Sequence record: KX130864
Reading direction: 5' to 3' (one strand)
Source of the DNA: Shigella phage SHBML-50-1
Length of the DNA stretch: 64,000 bases
Both the position numbers and the translations under genes were made by a program. The notes beneath the pieces are model-generated. The model was not told where the DNA came from, made no database searches, and was given only the letters and a program-made list of their open reading frames with translations. Below are positions 30,147 to 43,411 of the stretch, one piece after another (positions within the stretch are counted from its first letter, which is position 1; each line of letters starts with the position of its first letter).

Positions 30147-30379
30147 AGTACGCCATACACCCTTTGTGCTTCAACTAATCCATCAAAATCCAATTTGAGA
30201 TGTGTTATTTGGTCACCATCACCTGGATTCACAATTACTAATACTGAACGAGGAATTTCGGTAATAACACGAACCGATGTTTCTGGAAATCGTTCAGAAA
30301 CCTTATTTACCAATTCCTGAGCAAATAGTTTAACTTTTTCTTGGAATTCTTTAACAGTAATCGGTTTTTCACTTAGCAT
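30143..30379 (-). CDS. hypothetical protein (cd.2), start trimmed to internal ATG
   Basis: ATG at 30379 with GAGGAAA SD; the track N-terminal extension runs through an early promoter. Confidence 0.5.
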   Translation of the reverse strand: MLSEKPITVKEFQEKVKLFAQELVNKVSERFPETSVRVITEIPRSVLVIVNPGDGDQITHLKLDFDGLVEAQRVYGVL

Positions 30380-30399
30380 TTTGTTTTCCTCATTTGTTT

Positions 30400-30440
30400 G
30401 GTAGAGCCATAATATCACAACTCTACCATAAAGTAAACTA
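30400..30440 (-). promoter_or_regulatory. early promoter for cd.2
   Basis: GTTTAC, spacer, TATTAT; inverted repeat ggtagag/ctctacc flanks the -10. Confidence 0.5.
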
Positions 30441-30716
30441 TTAAATCGCTTTGAATTCCGCAGTTTGAGATTCAAAGCGAATGTCGCCTTTGATAACTAA
30501 CTCAGCATCAAGACCGAATACGACAATGATATGCGCGGAACCTGGATACAGCGTAATGGCAACAGAATCCACCTGGTCTGGAAGCAAAGTGTTCAATACA
30601 TGAGTCACTTGAGCATGAATTCGAAGCTCGGCTGCGTTATCAAGCTTTTCAAACATATTATTAGCGATAATTTGACTAAACACTACTTCTACGATTTTAG
30701 AATAAGTCGGAAACAT
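30441..30716 (-). CDS. hypothetical protein (cd.3)
   Basis: 91 aa ORF. Confidence 0.5.
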   Translation of the reverse strand: MFPTYSKIVEVVFSQIIANNMFEKLDNAAELRIHAQVTHVLNTLLPDQVDSVAITLYPGSAHIIVVFGLDAELVIKGDIRFESQTAEFKAI

Positions 30717-30718
30717 AT

Positions 30719-30911
30719 TTACCTCACATAATTTTCTTCAAGCCAATCAATAACATCCAACGCATTATCAAAAGTTGAACCATCTACTTTGTCTTCTGTT
30801 TCATAATCAAGAACATCTAAACCTACTCTTCCATCAACAATAGGCCATAAACAAAATAGATATTTCTTTTCTTTTTCAATTTTATCACAAAGACGATAAA
30901 TCTTTTCTAGG

Positions 30912-30919
<8 letters not shown>
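30719..30919 (-). CDS. hypothetical protein (cd.4)
   Basis: 66 aa ORF. Confidence 0.5.
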
Positions 30920-32309
<1,390 letters not shown>

Positions 32310-32313
<4 letters not shown>

Positions 32314-32540
32314 TTATTTTTCTCAACCAATGATTGAATATAATCATGCAGGTCTTTAGATGCTTTACCCCACTTATTTTGATATTCATTTTTGAGATTA
32401 GCGCGTGATTGAGCTAATAAAACATCATTAGTTGGAGGTAAAGATTCTAATCGTTGAATCTTGCGTCCATAAATCATTGCGGCCATCTCAGATTCATAAA
32501 TCAATCCTTTGAGATGTTCAAATTGATGCCATGAAATCAT
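32310..32540 (-). CDS. hypothetical protein (pseT.2)
   Basis: 76 aa ORF. Confidence 0.5.
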
Positions 32541-32836
32541 TTACATTTATCCTCTTTTAACTCTTGACGATAATAACATATCATAGTTTTCTGGTCATGT
32601 ACATATCGTTTTACATCATTAAGCCAAATACGAAATTCCTGAGAATCTTCAAATGGCATACCGACCCAAGCTTTACCATCAATAACTTTAACTTGCCAAG
32701 ATAGTTTGGCTTCGTCATATGACTTTATTTGCACAGGCCAATTAGGATGAACTGTTTCTTTCTTTACTTCTAGAGGCTTTGTAGAACAACCAACTAGAAG
32801 ACCAATAGATAATATTACTGCTGATAGTTTAATCAT
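32537..32836 (-). CDS. putative lipoprotein (pseT.3 position)
   Basis: 99 aa; N-terminal signal peptide with lipobox-like LVGC. Confidence 0.55.
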   Translation of the reverse strand: MIKLSAVILSIGLLVGCSTKPLEVKKETVHPNWPVQIKSYDEAKLSWQVKVIDGKAWVGMPFEDSQEFRIWLNDVKRYVHDQKTMICYYRQELKEDKCK

Positions 32837-33186
32837 TTAGAAAGGTCCTGGATGTCTTCTGCGAACTTGTTGAAGGAGTTGTTGATTTGTTTTTCAACCA
32901 ATCCTGGCTTACGAGCCACCACATCCGCCTTCTTTGCATCTTTGCGCAGTTTTTCATTTTCACGCTCAATAGCAGCAATCGCCTCACGATTTTTATTATT
33001 CATCGCATCAATATAATTATACTGAATTCGCAAATTATTTAATGCTAAGGCGTTTTCATTGGCCGTTTTTGTAATTTCTACAACAGACGTTTCTAATCTT
33101 TCAATTTTATTTTTTAAAATTAAAGAAGTTCCGCCTAATGCAATTACAATTAATAGCAAACCTGCTGTCGTATTACTTAATTGCAT
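32833..33186 (-). CDS. membrane-anchored coiled-coil protein
   Basis: 117 aa; N-terminal hydrophobic helix followed by heptad-like E/K-rich region. Confidence 0.5.
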   Translation of the reverse strand: MQLSNTTAGLLLIVIALGGTSLILKNKIERLETSVVEITKTANENALALNNLRIQYNYIDAMNNKNREAIAAIERENEKLRKDAKKADVVARKPGLVEKQINNSFNKFAEDIQDLSK

Positions 33187-33683
33187 AAAGTTTTAATAAC
33201 CTCTATAATATCGTCTTGAGAAAGACCGTTAATTAAAATATGATGTTCCGCCGGAGATTTAGAAATTTTAAAGCATGCCGCAACATCTTCTGCCATATCC
33301 GATGCACTACGATTTGGATTACTAATACCAAGGCGGTGTTTTCCCGTCAAAGGATTAACGATGATATAGCATTTGCAGCTATTGATATGAACATTGGGTT
33401 GAGTCTGATTAATGAACACTTCACAATCATACTTAGCGAGTTGATTTTCTAAAAAGACTTTCATCTCTTCAACCGCATCAGGAAGCATATCACGGGCTTG
33501 CTCAAGACGACGATTTCGATATTCTTTAATGGTCGTTTTCCGCTTGACTTGCTTAGCTAAATCTTTCTTAAGATCGGTGATATATCCAACTCGACGATTT
33601 CCTTTGAATACAGAAATCCCATCTGTAGTATCACCGTATGCTTCAACGACCATTTCAGTAGTAATAAGCTGTAAATCCATCAT
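33177..33683 (-). CDS. alc: Alc, blocks transcription of cytosine-containing DNA
   Basis: 168 aa; position between pseT ORFs and rnlA; early promoter upstream. Confidence 0.8.
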   Translation of the reverse strand: MMDLQLITTEMVVEAYGDTTDGISVFKGNRRVGYITDLKKDLAKQVKRKTTIKEYRNRRLEQARDMLPDAVEEMKVFLENQLAKYDCEVFINQTQPNVHINSCKCYIIVNPLTGKHRLGISNPNRSASDMAEDVAACFKISKSPAEHHILINGLSQDDIIEVIKTLCN

Positions 33684-33704
33684 AAAGTCCTCATGTTATG
33701 TCAG

Positions 33705-33744
33705 TAAGTCTACTATAACACAACACGAGGGACTTGTAAACAGC

Positions 33745-33745
<1 letters not shown>
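33705..33745 (-). promoter_or_regulatory. early promoter for alc
   Basis: GTTTACA, 17 nt, TATAGT; near-identical to the 18430-18470 block. Confidence 0.6.
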
Positions 33746-35332
<1,587 letters not shown>

Positions 35333-35359
35333 AATAAAATGGGCCTTGCGGCCCACTCC

Positions 35360-36538
35360 TTAAAAATATTTTTTAAAACTCATCATAACTTTATCATCAA
35401 CATCATTATCAATCTGTGCAACAAGGTAAGATGACAGTTCTACTTCTTGCGGCGCGGATTGAACATTATCAGAATTAAGGTATTCACGAATCCAAGGATA
35501 TGGATGTTTAACCGGAGCATCGGTAATTGGGCATGGAAGACCGCACTGTTTCATACGAGATACAGTTAAGTAATCAATAAAGCTCCACATGCTATTTGTA
35601 TTTAATCCAGGAACATCGCCATCTTTAAATAAATGAACTGCCCAATCTTTTTCTTGGCGGTTAACTTCCATGAAAATATCAACTGCTTCTTGTTCACACT
35701 CTTTGGCAATTTTAACCCATTCATCACCATCAGTGCCAAGTTGAAGTTGACGAATAATATATTGTGTACCTTTAAGATGAAGCTGCTCATCACGTGCAAT
35801 GAACTTCATAATCTTGGCATTACCTTCCATGATTTCCATATTCTTGTGGAAGTTAAAGGTACATGCAAAAGATACATAAAAACGAATAGCTTCCAATGCG
35901 TTGATTACGTGCAGGCAGAGGTAAAGAGAGCGCATTAGTTCACGTTTCCAATACATTTCATGCTCTATGGCATCTTTAATATCATCTTCGTCTGCGTTAA
36001 TTTCTTTTTGGTACTCAATATCAGCTTTAGCATTCTGCCAATATCTAGTTTTCTCAATAACATCATCATAATAACGACCAATAGATTCAGCACGTTTCAT
36101 GATAGCTTTATCTAATACAATCTCATCAAATACCTTTGACGGATCAGTATAAAGATTTCGCATAATATGAGTGTATGAACGACTGTGAATAGTTTCACTA
36201 AAAGTCCATGTAGCAACCCATGTATCAAGGCTTGGGTCTGAAATTAATGACATAAGTACAGCAGACGGCGCACGACCCTGAATGCTATCTAGAAGTGATT
36301 GATACTTCAGGTTGTTAGTAAAAATATCTTGCTGATATTGAGGAAGCTTGTTAAATTGCGCAGCATCCATCATTAAGTTTACTTCTTCAGGGCGCCAGAA
36401 AAATGACAACTGCTTTTCGGTTAAATCTTCAAAAACTTTATGACGTTGAATATCATAACGCGCAATACCAAGACCTGAACCAAAAAACATAGGTTCTTTT
36501 AAAACATCAACTGGATTTGTATTAAAAACTGTGCTCAT
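35360..36538 (-). CDS. nrdB: ribonucleotide reductase small subunit NrdB, uninterrupted
   Basis: 392 aa continuous ORF with di-iron ligand motifs; no intron. Confidence 0.93.
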   Translation of the reverse strand: MSTVFNTNPVDVLKEPMFFGSGLGIARYDIQRHKVFEDLTEKQLSFFWRPEEVNLMMDAAQFNKLPQYQQDIFTNNLKYQSLLDSIQGRAPSAVLMSLISDPSLDTWVATWTFSETIHSRSYTHIMRNLYTDPSKVFDEIVLDKAIMKRAESIGRYYDDVIEKTRYWQNAKADIEYQKEINADEDDIKDAIEHEMYWKRELMRSLYLCLHVINALEAIRFYVSFACTFNFHKNMEIMEGNAKIMKFIARDEQLHLKGTQYIIRQLQLGTDGDEWVKIAKECEQEAVDIFMEVNRQEKDWAVHLFKDGDVPGLNTNSMWSFIDYLTVSRMKQCGLPCPITDAPVKHPYPWIREYLNSDNVQSAPQEVELSSYLVAQIDNDVDDKVMMSFKKYF

Positions 36539-36589
36539 AAATTTTCCACTTAGTTAATAGATAGTGACTCGTCCATGAGTCAAATTATA

Positions 36590-38854
36590 TCATAATTTAC
36601 AGGATGAACAATCTTCAGCTTTTGGAGTTTCTATTTCATAATCATCAGTACCAGAACCATCACGGGTATTATGATAATAGAAATTTTTTCCGCCAAAATA
36701 CCAAAAATACAAAAGGTCATCAATCATTATTGACATTGGAACCTTTCCTTTTGGAAAAATCTGTGGGTCATAATATGTATTCGCCGAAGCTGATTGACAA
36801 ACCCATTTCAGCATAATAGCTACCTGCGTAAGATAAGGTTTATTACCTTTCTTAGCTAATTTCCATGTATAATCATAGAGGTCTATGTTATGCTCAATAT
36901 TGGGCACGACTTGATTAAAGGAGCCCTCTTTTGATTCTTTAACAGAGACTGGTCCACGTGGAGGCTCGATACCGTTTGTACTGTTAGAAACTTGGGAAGA
37001 TGACTCACATGGCATAAGTGCTGATAATGTGCTATTACGGATGCCAAAGAGCTTAAGGTCTTCCCGCAGCGACGACCAGTCACAAACGTATTTTGGAGCT
37101 GCGATTTGGTCAATCTTTTTATTGTACCAGTCGATAGGTAATTCGCCTCGAGACCAACGAGTGTCTGAATAATATTCGCAAGGTCCTTTTTCTTTGGCGA
37201 GCTTAATGGATGCTTTAATGAGTCCATACTGTAATCTCTCAAATAGTTCATGTGTTAAATCGTTAGCATCTTCATAAGAAGCAAAGTTACTTGCCAGCCA
37301 AGCTGCATAGTTAGTAACACCTACACCAAGGTTTCGACGCTTTTTAGCTTTTTCTGCTTCAGGAACTGGATATCCTTGGTAATCCAAAAGATTATCAAGA
37401 GCACGAACTTGAACTTCTGCCAATTCATTAATTTTATCTTGGTCTTGCCAGTCAAAATTATCTAGCACAAATGCAGATAACGTGCACAATCCAATTTCAG
37501 CATCGGGGCTATTCACATCATTTGTTGGAATAGCAATTTCACAGCACAAGTTACTCTGACGAATAGGTGCCTTTTCACGAATAAATGGAGTATAGTTATT
37601 CGTATTATCAATGAACTGCACATAAATCCTTGCTGTTCCTGAGCGTTCAGTCATGAGCAATTCAAATAGTTCACGGGCTTTAATGCGCTTTTTACGAATA
37701 TTAGGGTCTTTTTCTGCTGCTTCGTATAATTCACGGAAACGGTCTTGGTCTTTAAAATAAGAATAATAAAGCTCGCCACCCATTTCATGCGGACTGAACA
37801 AAGTAATGTAGTCGTTCTTTCCAAAACGTTCCATCATTAGATCATTCAGTTGAACACCATAATCCATATGACGAATGCGGTTTTCTTCTACACCTTTGTT
37901 ATTTTTCAAAACAAGAAGATTTTCAACTTCCAAATGCCAAATAGGATAATAAGCAGTAGCAGCGCCGCCACGAATTCCACCTTGTGAGCATGATTTAACA
38001 GCAGTCTGAAAATGTTTCCAAAAAGGAATAACACCAGTATGACGTACTTCACCCATGCCAATCTTAGAACCTTCGGCACGAATCATACCAACGTTAATAC
38101 CAATTCCAGCGCGTTTAGAGATATATTCAACAATTGAAGCGGAAGCCTTATTGATAGACTTTAATGAATCACCTGCCTCAATAACAACACATGAACTAAA
38201 CTGTCGAGTCGGAGTACGACAACCAGCCATAATAGGAGTTGGTAATGAAATCTGTCGAGTAGATACTGCTTCATAAAAACGGATAACGTGTTTTAATCTA
38301 TCAACAGGTTCATCTTGATGCAATGCCATTCCAATAGTCATAAATGCAAACTGTGGAGTTTCATAAATTTGACCAGTGGTTTTATCTTTAACTAGATATT
38401 TTTCTTTTAATTGCATCGCCCCGGAATAAGTAAATTCCATATCCCGCTCGTGCTTAATTTTTGATTCTAAAAATGTAATTTCTTCTGCTGAATATTTTGA
38501 CAATAATTCAGGGTCATATTTACCTGCATTTACACAATAAGAAATATGGTCAATAAATGAACGTGGTTCATATTGTCCGTAAACATGCTTACGAAGAGCG
38601 AACATTAAACAACGTGCAGCTACATATTGATAATCAGGCTCTTCAACCGAAATAGAATTCGCAGCAGCCTTAATGACAATAGTCTGAATATCGTCAGTTG
38701 TCATTCCATCACGGAGATAAGATTTAATATTTTCATATAATTCATAAGGATCTACTGATGTTCCTTCAGCTGCCCAAGATAAAACTTTAATAATTTTTTG
38801 TGGGTCAAAGCTCTGAGAAACACCACTACTTTTGATAACATTAATTAATTGCAT
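36590..38854 (-). CDS. nrdA: ribonucleotide reductase large subunit NrdA
   Basis: 754 aa; class I RNR catalytic core motifs; C-terminal CSSC. Confidence 0.95.
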   Translation of the reverse strand: MQLINVIKSSGVSQSFDPQKIIKVLSWAAEGTSVDPYELYENIKSYLRDGMTTDDIQTIVIKAAANSISVEEPDYQYVAARCLMFALRKHVYGQYEPRSFIDHISYCVNAGKYDPELLSKYSAEEITFLESKIKHERDMEFTYSGAMQLKEKYLVKDKTTGQIYETPQFAFMTIGMALHQDEPVDRLKHVIRFYEAVSTRQISLPTPIMAGCRTPTRQFSSCVVIEAGDSLKSINKASASIVEYISKRAGIGINVGMIRAEGSKIGMGEVRHTGVIPFWKHFQTAVKSCSQGGIRGGAATAYYPIWHLEVENLLVLKNNKGVEENRIRHMDYGVQLNDLMMERFGKNDYITLFSPHEMGGELYYSYFKDQDRFRELYEAAEKDPNIRKKRIKARELFELLMTERSGTARIYVQFIDNTNNYTPFIREKAPIRQSNLCCEIAIPTNDVNSPDAEIGLCTLSAFVLDNFDWQDQDKINELAEVQVRALDNLLDYQGYPVPEAEKAKKRRNLGVGVTNYAAWLASNFASYEDANDLTHELFERLQYGLIKASIKLAKEKGPCEYYSDTRWSRGELPIDWYNKKIDQIAAPKYVCDWSSLREDLKLFGIRNSTLSALMPCESSSQVSNSTNGIEPPRGPVSVKESKEGSFNQVVPNIEHNIDLYDYTWKLAKKGNKPYLTQVAIMLKWVCQSASANTYYDPQIFPKGKVPMSIMIDDLLYFWYFGGKNFYYHNTRDGSGTDDYEIETPKAEDCSSCKL

Positions 38855-39171
38855 AAGTCCTCAACTTGAAAATCGTCTTTAAACAATCGGTTAACTATAT
38901 GAGCTATTATATCACCATGACACGGCTTTGGTTTACATGTGCATCCTAGCCTCATTCCACGTAAAGGCTCTAAATGTTCTTTAGTTATTTCTCCGGATTT
39001 AATTCGACGTATAAAATCTTTTTTGAATAATTCAATGGCAGCCTCCCGGCTGCCAGCATCTTTACCGACGTAATTTCCCCAAAATGTACCACGGTGAATA
39101 TTAACATCAAAGTCGGATTTATATTTATTCACTACCCGGCATAGACGGCCCGCGCTGGAATAATTCGTCAT
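38845..39171 (-). CDS. hypothetical protein with CTC..C.HG motif (nrdA.1)
   Basis: 108 aa; [12 protein letters not shown] looks like a metal-binding motif. Confidence 0.55.
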   Translation of the reverse strand: MTNYSSAGRLCRVVNKYKSDFDVNIHRGTFWGNYVGKDAGSREAAIELFKKDFIRRIKSGEITKEHLEPLRGMRLGCTCKPKPCHGDIIAHIVNRLFKDDFQVEDLCN

Positions 39172-39400
39172 ATTGTTTTTCCGTTAATACAGTAATATCA
39201 TAGTAACAATCGGAAGAAGTTTTAACTGTGGAAATTTTATTATCAAAATACTCACGAGTCATTTTATGAGTATAGTATTTTTTACCATAAATGGTAATAG
39301 GCTGTTCTGGTCCTGGAACTTCTAACTCGCTTGGGTTAGGAAGTGTAAAAAGAACGGCACCAGAAGTATCTTTAAATCGTAAAATCATATATCCTCGCAA
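39125..39400 (-). CDS. hypothetical protein (nrdA.2)
   Basis: 91 aa ORF. Confidence 0.5.
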   Translation of the reverse strand: MRGYMILRFKDTSGAVLFTLPNPSELEVPGPEQPITIYGKKYYTHKMTREYFDNKISTVKTSSDCYYDITVLTEKQYDELFQRGPSMPGSE

Positions 39401-39408
39401 TAATAAAA

Positions 39409-40269
39409 TTACACCGCCATCTTTCCTTTAATAGGAGGGTGTGATTCATAGTTGTTAAGAACAAAATTATGTGGCTTTGCGAATTGACTCAACCAAAATA
39501 CCTGCGATTCTGTGTCCCATTCATCAAATTCATCTGGAAATTTTAATTGCAATTCGCATAAATCCATAGGTTCACGACATAAAATTTCTTTACATTGTTC
39601 TACGTGATTCATATAGATATGAGTATTACCACCAGAAAATATCAAATCTCCCGGAATAAGATTACACATCTTAGCTACAATATGAACTAACGTAGCATAT
39701 GATGCAATATTAAATGGAAGACCGAGGAAAACATCTACCGAACGTTGATACCACTGAAGGTCAAGGTATCCATTACGCACATTAAACTGATAGAACATAT
39801 GACAAGGCGGTAATGCCATATATTTAAGTTCAGCTGGATTCCACGCAGAAACAATTTGACGCCTATCATTTGGCAGTTTTTTAATACGATCAATAACTTC
39901 TATAATTTGATCTACACCGCCAAAATCACGCCACTGTTTTCCATAAATTGGACCAAGTTCACCGCTATGGTATCCTAAATCTTTTGCTTGATTTTCGTAA
40001 TTTTCATCCCAGACTGTTTTGCCTTGAATTAATGAATCATGTTGAATTAATCGCAAATCATTGACATTTGTGCTTCCTGATAAAAACCATATTAGCTCAG
40101 CAATGCATGCATTCCAGGCGAGCTTTTTAGTTGTTACTGCAGGAAAACCTTTGGTTAAATCCCAACGCAATTTAGTACCGAACAAAGCAATTGTTCCTGT
40201 GCCCGTTCGGTCATCGGTTTCATAGCCATTTTCAAAAATGTCTTTAATTAAATCTTGGTATTGTTTCAT
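39409..40269 (-). CDS. td: thymidylate synthase, uninterrupted
   Basis: 286 aa continuous ORF; active-site region PPCH; no group I intron. Confidence 0.95.
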   Translation of the reverse strand: MKQYQDLIKDIFENGYETDDRTGTGTIALFGTKLRWDLTKGFPAVTTKKLAWNACIAELIWFLSGSTNVNDLRLIQHDSLIQGKTVWDENYENQAKDLGYHSGELGPIYGKQWRDFGGVDQIIEVIDRIKKLPNDRRQIVSAWNPAELKYMALPPCHMFYQFNVRNGYLDLQWYQRSVDVFLGLPFNIASYATLVHIVAKMCNLIPGDLIFSGGNTHIYMNHVEQCKEILCREPMDLCELQLKFPDEFDEWDTESQVFWLSQFAKPHNFVLNNYESHPPIKGKMAV

Positions 40270-40306
40270 TTAGTACCTTATATAAATTATAATACATTTT
40301 ATGAAG

Positions 40307-40660
40307 CTAAATAATCAACGGTTTAGCATCAAATTTTCTCTCAATTTCAGGCGTGAAATATAATTCTTTACCGCGTTTGGAAAAGCGACCAATAATATGA
40401 TAATTATTCTCATCAAACGTGATATTACCAATATCCATAGCTTTCAACCAAATATCGATATTTCTATCCAGCTTTATGTCAAAATTCCAATACGGAGAAC
40501 TATTACCGAAAATACTACAAGCGGATTCAGTGAAACAACTGCTATAAATCTTGTCTTTAGGAACTACTAATTGATAGACACCTTTAATAAACTGAGGACC
40601 CTGCCACTTTGGCTGTTTCTCATCTTTTTCTAATAGAATAGGGTAATAATTAAAATTCAT
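40307..40660 (-). CDS. hypothetical protein inserted between frd and td
   Basis: 117 aa ORF exactly filling the frd-td gap; weak SD; no recognisable motif. Confidence 0.55.
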   Translation of the reverse strand: MNFNYYPILLEKDEKQPKWQGPQFIKGVYQLVVPKDKIYSSCFTESACSIFGNSSPYWNFDIKLDRNIDIWLKAMDIGNITFDENNYHIIGRFSKRGKELYFTPEIERKFDAKPLII

Positions 40661-40679
40661 ATTTCCGCCGCGCGTTATT

Positions 40680-41638
<959 letters not shown>

Positions 41639-41691
41639 TTTTTAAAGCATTGCATAATAGAATTCATCATTCATAAACTCAAATACAAAAA

Positions 41692-42051
41692 TTATATTAT
41701 CTCCCATCGAAAAGGGTCAGGAGCATATCCGATAGAGTTAATCATTTTAACTAAAGTTACCATTCCTTTGTTAACTGCTTGTGCGATTTCATCAAAAACT
41801 TCATCGCTATCATCATAAAGGTCATTAAAAAGTTCTAACACGTTCTTCTGAACTTTTAATTTATGACCAACAATCTCGCCTACAGTAAATTCGTTTCCGC
41901 CGATTCCAGTGTAAAACGTAATTACACCAGTTAACAGACTTTCGCGAGAATCTAGGTCATGTGATAAATTAATATAAGCCATCCCGGGTGCAGTTTTAAG
42001 TTGGCAACGAATTCTTACTTGGGTAATTCCGGTTACATGAATGTCGGACAT
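41692..42051 (-). CDS. hypothetical protein (frd.2)
   Basis: 119 aa ORF. Confidence 0.5.
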   Translation of the reverse strand: MSDIHVTGITQVRIRCQLKTAPGMAYINLSHDLDSRESLLTGVITFYTGIGGNEFTVGEIVGHKLKVQKNVLELFNDLYDDSDEVFDEIAQAVNKGMVTLVKMINSIGYAPDPFRWEII

Positions 42052-42061
42052 ATTATTTTCC

Positions 42062-42304
42062 TCAAATAGACTTTTTCACAATTTTCCAATCAGCTTTAAA
42101 CTGATCAACGTCAGAATGGTAAATCCAGAATCCTGCGCTTTCTCCGTCTTCATAAAGAGGACATCCATCGCATTCATCTTCCCATCCCATATCACGTAAA
42201 AGATGTTCAGCTTTTTCAATGAGTTCAGAATCTTTACCGATGATATTAAAATACCATTTACCTCTAACTTCTGAATCTTTGATGCTCTGGCGTTGTAATC
42301 TCAT
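42062..42304 (-). CDS. hypothetical protein (frd.3)
   Basis: 80 aa ORF; early promoter upstream. Confidence 0.5.
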   Translation of the reverse strand: MRLQRQSIKDSEVRGKWYFNIIGKDSELIEKAEHLLRDMGWEDECDGCPLYEDGESAGFWIYHSDVDQFKADWKIVKKSI

Positions 42305-42319
42305 TTTATTCTCCTCAGT

Positions 42320-42365
42320 AGTTGATAGGGTAATAGTATCACACTACTACCCTGTTGTAAACAAT
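42320..42365 (-). promoter_or_regulatory. early promoter for frd.3
   Basis: GTTTACA, 17 nt, TACTAT. Confidence 0.55.
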
Positions 42366-42625
42366 TATTTTTGAATTTTATCGAGCCACTTACCAAGCTT
42401 AATCATTTCTTTAGTAGCCTTTTCCATACTTCTGAACTTAACCAATAGAGGATAGGTATCGACACCAATAACTAAACTGGTTACAAGACTGTGTTCACCC
42501 ACAAGCCATAACGAATACGTTTGAATATCGAGCCCGTAATTTCTGTCTTTGTGGACCCGTACACCCATCACTTCAAATTTCTCACTAGCTTTTTCTACCG
42601 CATCCAGGAAATCGTCTTTAGTCAT
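42365..42625 (-). CDS. hypothetical protein
   Basis: 86 aa from ATG at 42625 (track start is a TTG extension). Confidence 0.45.
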   Translation of the reverse strand: MTKDDFLDAVEKASEKFEVMGVRVHKDRNYGLDIQTYSLWLVGEHSLVTSLVIGVDTYPLLVKFRSMEKATKEMIKLGKWLDKIQK

Positions 42626-42626
42626 A

Positions 42627-42992
42627 TTAGGCCTTAAAAGTTTTTCGCAAAAGTTCAATGATTTCGTCTACATTGTTTTCATCTACAATGCAGTGAATTT
42701 TTGTTACGCCAGAAACCTTGTCTTTGACTTCATCTTCTTCAGAAGTCGGTTCTTTATACTCGCGAAAACAATGAAATTCGTCTTCACAAACGTTAAAGTA
42801 AAAATGCTTTCCATTTGCGCATTCAATGTGTTTTATTACTCTAAATCCATCAACAAAGAAAGCTTCTTTAACTTCAAACCATCCGCCGTTTTCTTGAATA
42901 ATTTTAACTATTGATGAATTAGAACGTGGGCGATAATTAATAAATGTATCAATAAGTCTTGGAACAAGCTCATACTTTTTGCCGATATACAT
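42627..42992 (-). CDS. hypothetical Cys/His-containing protein
   Basis: 121 aa from ATG at 42992 with GAGGAAA SD; HIECANGKH...VCEDEFHC. Confidence 0.45.
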   Translation of the reverse strand: MYIGKKYELVPRLIDTFINYRPRSNSSIVKIIQENGGWFEVKEAFFVDGFRVIKHIECANGKHFYFNVCEDEFHCFREYKEPTSEEDEVKDKVSGVTKIHCIVDENNVDEIIELLRKTFKA

Positions 42993-43038
42993 TACGGTTT
43001 CCTCATTTTGATAGGGGCTTGATAGAGCCCCTTGATAA

Positions 43039-43266
43039 TTATTGTTCAATCAGTCCCATGTAAAATTCTGCGTCTTCAGAATCCATGCCATCACAATATT
43101 CATTAGCCATAAAGCGGGTGAGGTCTTCAAGAGGACCTTCAATAACAATTTGAATACTCCAAAACTTAGAATCTTGTACGCTTGTGATACTAAGTTCAGG
43201 ATAACGATTACGAATAATCTCTTCAATATATTCAAAATCAACGATGTCAATATCAACTTTAGCCAT
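43039..43266 (-). CDS. hypothetical acidic protein
   Basis: 75 aa from ATG at 43266 with AAGAGGAAA SD; early promoter upstream. Confidence 0.45.
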   Translation of the reverse strand: MAKVDIDIVDFEYIEEIIRNRYPELSITSVQDSKFWSIQIVIEGPLEDLTRFMANEYCDGMDSEDAEFYMGLIEQ

Positions 43267-43299
43267 ATTATTTTCCTCTTTAATCATCAGCAGTATTGC

Positions 43300-43342
43300 C
43301 GATAGTTGTATAGTACCATGGAAGGACAAGGATGTAAACAGC
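43300..43342 (-). promoter_or_regulatory. early promoter for the 75-aa ORF downstream of gene 32
   Basis: GTTTACA, 17 nt, TACTATA; shares the gatagttgtatagtacca block. Confidence 0.55.
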
Positions 43343-43371
43343 TTTGTGAAAAAATTTTTGAAATAAAAAAG

Positions 43372-43390
43372 GGGACCTCTAGGGTCCCCA
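43372..43390 (-). terminator. gene 32 terminator
   Basis: ggggaccc-tcta-gggtcccc with U-run on minus strand. Confidence 0.75.
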
Positions 43391-43411
43391 ATTAATTAGT
43401 AATATAATCTG

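Noticed and set aside
36883-37251. 122-aa ORF inside nrdA in another frame, and plus-strand ORFs 36604-36816 and 38055-38276
   Set aside because: Embedded within or antisense to nrdA with no translation signals
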